The notes below the pieces were generated by a model. The model was given only the letters and a program-made list of their open reading frames with translations, had not been told where the DNA came from and searched no databases. This document shows positions 53,577 through 64,000 of a stretch of 64,000 nt of DNA, one piece after another; the first letter of the stretch is position 1, and each line of letters begins with the position of its first letter. Source of the stretch: the human T2T-CHM13v2.0 reference genome, Homo sapiens; assembly GCF_009914755.1 (NCBI RefSeq), contig NC_060937.1; one strand, given 5' to 3'. The position numbers and the translations under genes are program-made.

Positions 53577-55309
53577 TCAGAGCAGGTCAGTTTATCCATA
53601 CAAGCCACTTTATCCATAAAATGCAGTAGGGGCAGAGGTTGGCACTTCTAGAAATTATTTTCTGATTATTTTGATTTTCCCAGTGGAATATGAAGTTAGG
53701 TCGTCAGCTGAGAATCAAGATGGAGAGGGTATGGAGGTCTGAGGCTAGAGGAAAGGTATGAAATGCTTGAACAGGGGCGTGGGAAAGGGAATAGACTAGA
53801 GAAATGCAGCAGTGTGAATATCAAGTTGCATTTAGGGCACACCTGAGCCGGGTGACCAGGACTCTAAGCGCTGTCAGCCTGGTGTGGGATCATGTTCAGC
53901 TGCTTGGGTGCAGTAAGTGAAGTGGAGGACAGGGTCAAACCACTGTTGCGGTTTGTCTGTGTGTGCCAGGAAAAGCGTGGGTGGATACAGTAACAAGCTC
54001 TGGAAATGATGTTGGATGAAGAGTGAGGGCTCGAGTCAGGTCCTAGGGAGTAACCATGGGACTGAGCAGCTGAGGTAGGAAGGAAGAGAAGACTGTTGGC
54101 AGAGGTTAAGTCCAAGAATTAAACTTTAATCATTCAAATTTAAAAAAGGAAAGAAAGAAAAGAAAGAGTACTAAAAGAAACTGTATAATTTTAATGATTT
54201 TAGATATGCATTAGAGATGCGTTAATAACAGGTTTTGCTGGGGAAAATCTCTAGCTCATGTATGCACAGCTGGGGGCCCTCTTTAGTAAAATACAAAGAC
54301 CGTTTTACTTAGAACACAAAAAGAAAGTATCCTAAAGAAAGAAATAAATCTGATTTGGATTTTTTTTTTTAAATTTACAAATGAAACCCTGAAATGCATT
54401 GAAGAACACGAGTCCCAGTTTGAGTTCCTATTAGGCAAGTTATATAACCTCTTCAAACCTTACTTTTCCTCATATGTAAACGTTCATAAGGATATTCTGA
54501 GGATTAAGGAGATAAAACCTTCAGCCTGGCATACAGTAAGTGCTAGTAAATGCCAATTACGTATTCAGGAATCTTGACGTGAAGGGCACTTTTTCCAATA
54601 GGGCACCTCCGAACGTCAGAAGGGTGTGAGTGAATGAGAAGCTAGTGAAATCTTCCAGTCACAGGGAAAGAATTCTCATGCATGTTCTGCCTTGGACAAG
54701 CCAGAAACCAGAACTGTTTGTAAACCTTTTTGTAGATTTTGTAGATTGAGTATCATCTAAGTAGACAGAGCTTTTTATCATAGATCTAGCTAAGATTCCA
54801 CAGTAGGAAGGGAAGAATGTTGAAGGAAATTCAACCTTCCCTTGGTAATAAACACTTCTACCTTATCATCATTCATGGATGTCACAACAATTTTAAATTA
54901 TTACCGTTTGAGTATTTGTGGTCTTACTCTTTCTCCTCTTAGAGAGGCAACACCCTAGCCTGTTGGATCAACTCCTTCATTGTCATTTGCTATGGAACAA
55001 GGGAGTGGATATAATGAAGGGAGAGGAGAGAATCACTTTATGGCATTGCCTTAAGGCCCCAGGGTGTGTGGAGTAATTGAGGGTCTGGAGTGAACAGGTG
55101 AGTCACAGGAACTTTACTTTCCTGTACAGTGGTGGACTGGGGGTAGTTGAAGGGAGAGGCGAATATGAGCATATGTGAGACATTCTGTAGGAAATATTTG
55201 GGTGAGGAAGGAGGCCGGGGTCCCATCGGAGTAAGTAAGGGAAATAGCCAGTAGTAAAATGTGGATTATTGTCATCATTGTAACCCCATGTTTGTCTGTA
55301 GGCTGATAA

Positions 55310-55603
<294 letters not shown>

Positions 55604-55611
55604 TGAGCTCA

Positions 55612-55728
<117 letters not shown>

Positions 55729-55992
55729 TCATAGGAGCCAAAAAGTGGAAGCAACCCAACTGTTCACTGATGGATGAATGGATAAACAAAATGTGGCACA
55801 CACATATAATAATGGGACATTATTCAGCCTTGAACTGGAGGGAAATTCTGACAGGTCACTGTGAGGTGAAAGGTCGCATTTTCAGGTGTCAGGGAATCTT
55901 TACTGCAATTTGCTGACATTATTGAACACCACCACATTTAGCATATTTTCACATAACAAAAAACACTACATGTATGTACTTAACATTTTATA

Positions 55993-56702
55993 GGGTCGAT
56001 CTTCCTTATTCATGGTTTCAGTATTTGCTAATTTACCTACTCACTAACATTTATTTGTGACTCCAAAATCAATACTTGTATGTAATTTTTCACATGTGAA
56101 AAATTGGAGTTGCCCAATGTGCACATTCGCAGCTAAGGTTGAACCTGGCTGTGCTCTGTCTTCTTGTTTTAGCTCTCATGCAATAAACAAGCACCCTTTC
56201 ATGACGTGGTTTTGCATTTTTGTACTTTTTGTTGATGATCTCACTGTTTACAGCGGCCCCCTGTGCGGAAGTGCTGTCTGGTTTTTTCCTAAAAGTAAAA
56301 TGTTATGATGTGCATTATTGAAAAAATATGTGTATTAGTCAGGCTTCCTTCAGGCATGAGCTATAGTGCTGTTGGCCCTGAGTTCAGTGTTAATGAATCA
56401 AGTATACTTACATTTTGTTTAAAGAATGTATGTATATGTTTTATTAAGAATATAACATATAACATGTGATGTTATATATGTCATATATATTGTTAATATA
56501 TATGTATATACACATATTCTTTAAACAGAAGCACACATAAAATGAAATTATATGTTGATTAATTGACAAAGATGTTGTGACCAGAGGTTTGCAGGAACCT
56601 AAACCTAGTATTTCCCATAGGGTCAGTGGTTCAATATCTGTTAATCTAGAGTTGTAGTGACTTTATTGAACATAACTACTGCAAATAATGAGAATCAAAT
56701 GC
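55993..56702 (+). mobile_element. MER82-like Tigger DNA transposon
   Basis: GTCGATCTTCCTTATTCATGG ... GCAAATAATGAGAATCAA degenerate TIRs; internal TCTTGTTTTAGCTCTCATGCAATAAACAAG. Confidence 0.7.
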
Positions 56703-57190
56703 GTGTTAAACTATTTTAAGGGAAAAATAGTATTAATTTCTGTGCTTTTCAAGGAAAACCAATATTTGAGTTGAAATCCATCAGTTTAGAACCTATCAAA
56801 TGAGAATAGTATATCAAATCAGAATAGTATACCCAAAAATCTCTTCTGTAAAAATAGATACTAGTTTATGCTTTAATTTTCAACACGCTTAAAAAAGAAT
56901 TTGAAGATAGAACACAGAATTACTCATTTCATTTAAGAAGACCATTTTTCTCTCCTCACCAAGCACATATCTGGCTTTGAGATAATTTGTTCATGTCATA
57001 GAAAAATGTCTTTTATTCTAGAAAGATCATAAAGGCTTGAAATGACAAATAGATACCATTGTGTGTGCTAACGCCAACATTTTATATTACCTCTTAATCT
57101 TTAGTTTTAATTAATTATTGCCACAACTGATCTAGCAATTAATAGTACATTTCTTGCTTTTATAGTTGATTTAATTAATTAATTAATTAA

Positions 57191-61360
<4,170 letters not shown>

Positions 61361-61689
61361 ATGTTGGTTTAATTTAAAAGGAACAACCCTGAGACTAGAG
61401 ACATTCTTAGAGACAGAAGGATGTGGTTTACTTTTATCAGTACATTTTATTTCCTTTTCCCTATCGTAAAGACCCTGGCATCACTACTCAGTGTTTATGT
61501 AATAGATTCCCAAGATGGTCTTTAAAAATAGGAGCTGTATTTTGCTCCTATGAGTTCATATTGCTTAATGTTTGAATTAGAAGAAAAAACTTTTGTTAGG
61601 TCACTTTCTTATTAAGTTTATATTTGAACAGTTAGTAAGCAGGCATATTGAAATGCTGTATGACATAACCGCTCTTATCTTTGAGGCAA

Positions 61690-61935
61690 TGCAGTGTTGT
61701 GGTTAAGATCATGGACTTTGTGTTTTGAGAAAGGCCTGGTCTTAAATCCCAGTTGTCCTATTTACCCTCTAAGTGACTTCGGGTAAGTTACTTAATCTCT
61801 GTAACCCAGCCTTATCTCTGAAATCTGGACAATCAATGTACCTACCTCACAGAGTTGTCGTGATGATTTGCATGAGATAATTTGAGTATTTAGAACTGTG
61901 GCTGGAACATATTGGTTCTTAAAAGAGATAAATTA
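61690..61935 (+). mobile_element. MIR SINE (similar MIR fragments at ~12770-12990, ~18540-18710, ~27395-27570)
   Basis: GTGACTTCGGGTAAGTTACTTAATCTCT core; ACCTACCTCACAGAGTTGT. Confidence 0.65.
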
Positions 61936-62189
61936 TTGTATTGATGTTAAAAGAATATAGATGATGTTCCACAGTAAGTAAATAAAATCAGCATCTAAAA
62001 CAAACTTGAATTGTGATGATCAAGAAAAAAAATGTTTACCTTGCAAAGAAATACAGATCTGCCCACTGTCATGAGACAGTGGCTTCCCATTAGCTCTGTT
62101 TTAGATCATTTCTAAATTTACTAGATTGTAAAATCTCATTATGAAAGCCTAGACAGGGTGATGTATGTGGAGTTCTGTTTATAATTAAC

Positions 62190-62565
62190 ACCTTATAGAA
62201 TGTAATGTTTTTAACCAATGAATTTTTAAACAAAAGAAAAAGGGATTTTCAACTAATAAAAGTCCCTCCCTCACCTCAGAGGTCACCTTCTCAGGGCGAC
62301 CTGCCCTGGTGATGCTATCCAGCATTGCAGTCCCCACCCCCAACCTGGCATGCCCCAACTTCCTTTCCTTCTTAACTTCTCCCCTTAGCACTGATCACCA
62401 CCGAATACACTAGATAGTACCATTTTCTCTAAATCCATCTTCTAATATTAGAATATAAACTCCATGGGGGCAGGGATATTTGTCTATTTTTTTCCCTGCC
62501 CTGTCTCCTGTGCCCAGAACACTGCCTGTTACATAGTCATTGCTTAAACGATATTTGTTGAATGA
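62190..62565 (+). mobile_element. L2 3' end
   Basis: AAACTCCATGGGGGCAGGGA ... GATATTTGTTGAATGAA. Confidence 0.65.
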
Positions 62566-62846
62566 AAAAGGGAATGGTTCTAGTTTTGAGAAATTCTTTT
62601 ATATATTTTAGCTGTTATGATAATGTTCATCCTTCTCTTTGCTATCTATTTGGTAAGAGGAATGAAATTTTAGAGCAGTGTCCTGCTCGATATACCCTCA
62701 AGATTTTAGAGCAGGGTATGCAGTGTATTAATTCTTTGTTTTCTTTGCCATTTATTAAAATAGTGTGTATTTTGTGCAGGAGATCAACAATTAGTAGAAT
62801 GCAGTCCTTTCTTATAGTGGGGGAGACAGCTATATGTACAGATATA

Positions 62847-63211
62847 CAGATGGTCTTTGACTTTTGATGGTTTGACTTAAGATTTTTCAAATTTACGGTG
62901 GCAAAAGCAATACATATTTAGTGGAAAACATACTTTGAATGCCCATACAACTATTCTGTTTTTCACTTTCAGTACAGTACTCGATAAATTATATGAGATA
63001 TCCAACACTGTATTATAAAATAGGCTTCATGTTAGATGATTTTGTCCAACTGTAGACAAAATGTGAGTGTTCTGAGCACATGTAAAGTAGGCAAAGCTAA
63101 GCCGTGATATTTGGCAGGTTAGGCGTATTAAATGCATTTTCAGCTTATGATATTTTTAGCTTTCTATGGGTTTAAGAGGATGTAATGCCATTGTAAGTTG
63201 AGGAGCATCTG
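62847..63211 (-). mobile_element. MER47A/Tigger5-like MITE
   Basis: TA|CAGATGGTCTTTGACTT ... AAGTTGAGGAGCATCTG|TA; TA target duplication. Confidence 0.8.
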
Positions 63212-64000
63212 TATATGGTATACAACCATGCATGCAAATATATATGGTAATGGATACATGCTGTCACAGAAACAAACATAGCGGGCACTCTTGAGCAGAT
63301 ATGGAAGGCTTCCAGAGAGGGTCACATTGAGCTGAGTATTGAAATGTGGTTAATGACAGTCGTGCACCAGGAAAAGGATAGCATTCTAGCAGGACTGAAC
63401 TGCACAATGGCTTTGGCATTTCCTCCTAGTACTCTGCTATGAAGCGTCCACTGAATTCATGGAACTTAGTTCTCATAGAAATTATCTTGATGTTTTTGTT
63501 AGACTGTCTACAACAGGAAAGATGAACTAGAAAATTTACTGAGTTGTTTATACTCTTATTATGATCAAATAAGTGTTTTTGAATTAAATATATATAAAAT
63601 TAGAGTCATTATTGTCTTAAGGTACATAGTGGAAAACTCAATAATAGTTGAAGGAAGCTGATTTGTTTGCATTGCTGTGTTTTGGACATAGAGAATTATT
63701 ACTGGGGTAATGTGTTTTGTTTTAAAGAGTAATTTGGCTTAGGTATTGCTATTCTTCAGAATATGATTTCTGCCATTTTTAAACCCTATTATTCTTACAG
63801 CTTCATGTCTTCTGTCAGGTCTTCACATCATTTATCAAAATTTCCATCCTGAGGATGATAAAAGTTCAGGTATCTCATTCCAAATTGGTTGTGAAAATTA
63901 CCTAGATTTCATCTTCCTGTTTTCCTTCAAATAAAGGAAATATTTGCAAACTTTTTATTTATCAGTGACATAGTAAAATAACTATTAAGATATGATTTGA

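Noticed and set aside
56796-56831. Short 18-bp tandem duplication (ATCAAAT.AGAATAGTAT); also a 14-bp repeat near 52756-52803
   Set aside because: Ordinary isolated slippage events with no further structure.

Overview
Primate (almost certainly human) genomic DNA, dominated by interspersed repeats. It contains the 5' end of DGKH (diacylglycerol kinase eta) on the + strand: an upstream CpG island at ~29.6-31.1 kb, a second CpG island at ~37.1-39.2 kb with the first coding exon (ATG 38320, donor after 38511), and then intron sequence to the end of the window. A full-length processed MAPK6/ERK3 pseudogene lies antisense inside that intron (~57.2-61.4 kb). The rest is ~25 Alus, a 5'-truncated L1PA inserted into a MER1B transposon, older L1/L2/MIR fragments, MaLR and ERV1 solo LTRs, and Tigger/hAT MITEs. 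Most ORF-track entries are repeat-derived or GC-rich noise. No prokaryotic-type system (CRISPR, operon) is present. The most interesting signals are: (1) a candidate upstream coding exon that would splice in frame onto DGKH and add 24 N-terminal residues; (2) an in-frame strong-Kozak uORF whose only stop overlaps the putative branch point; (3) templated-insertion scars inside two Alus; (4) an unidentified retroposed mRNA 3' end; (5) a CpG-rich chain of tandem duplications and two old local duplications. Gene and repeat-family names come from recognition of the sequence, not database searches; repeat boundaries are approximate unless a TSD or TIR is quoted.
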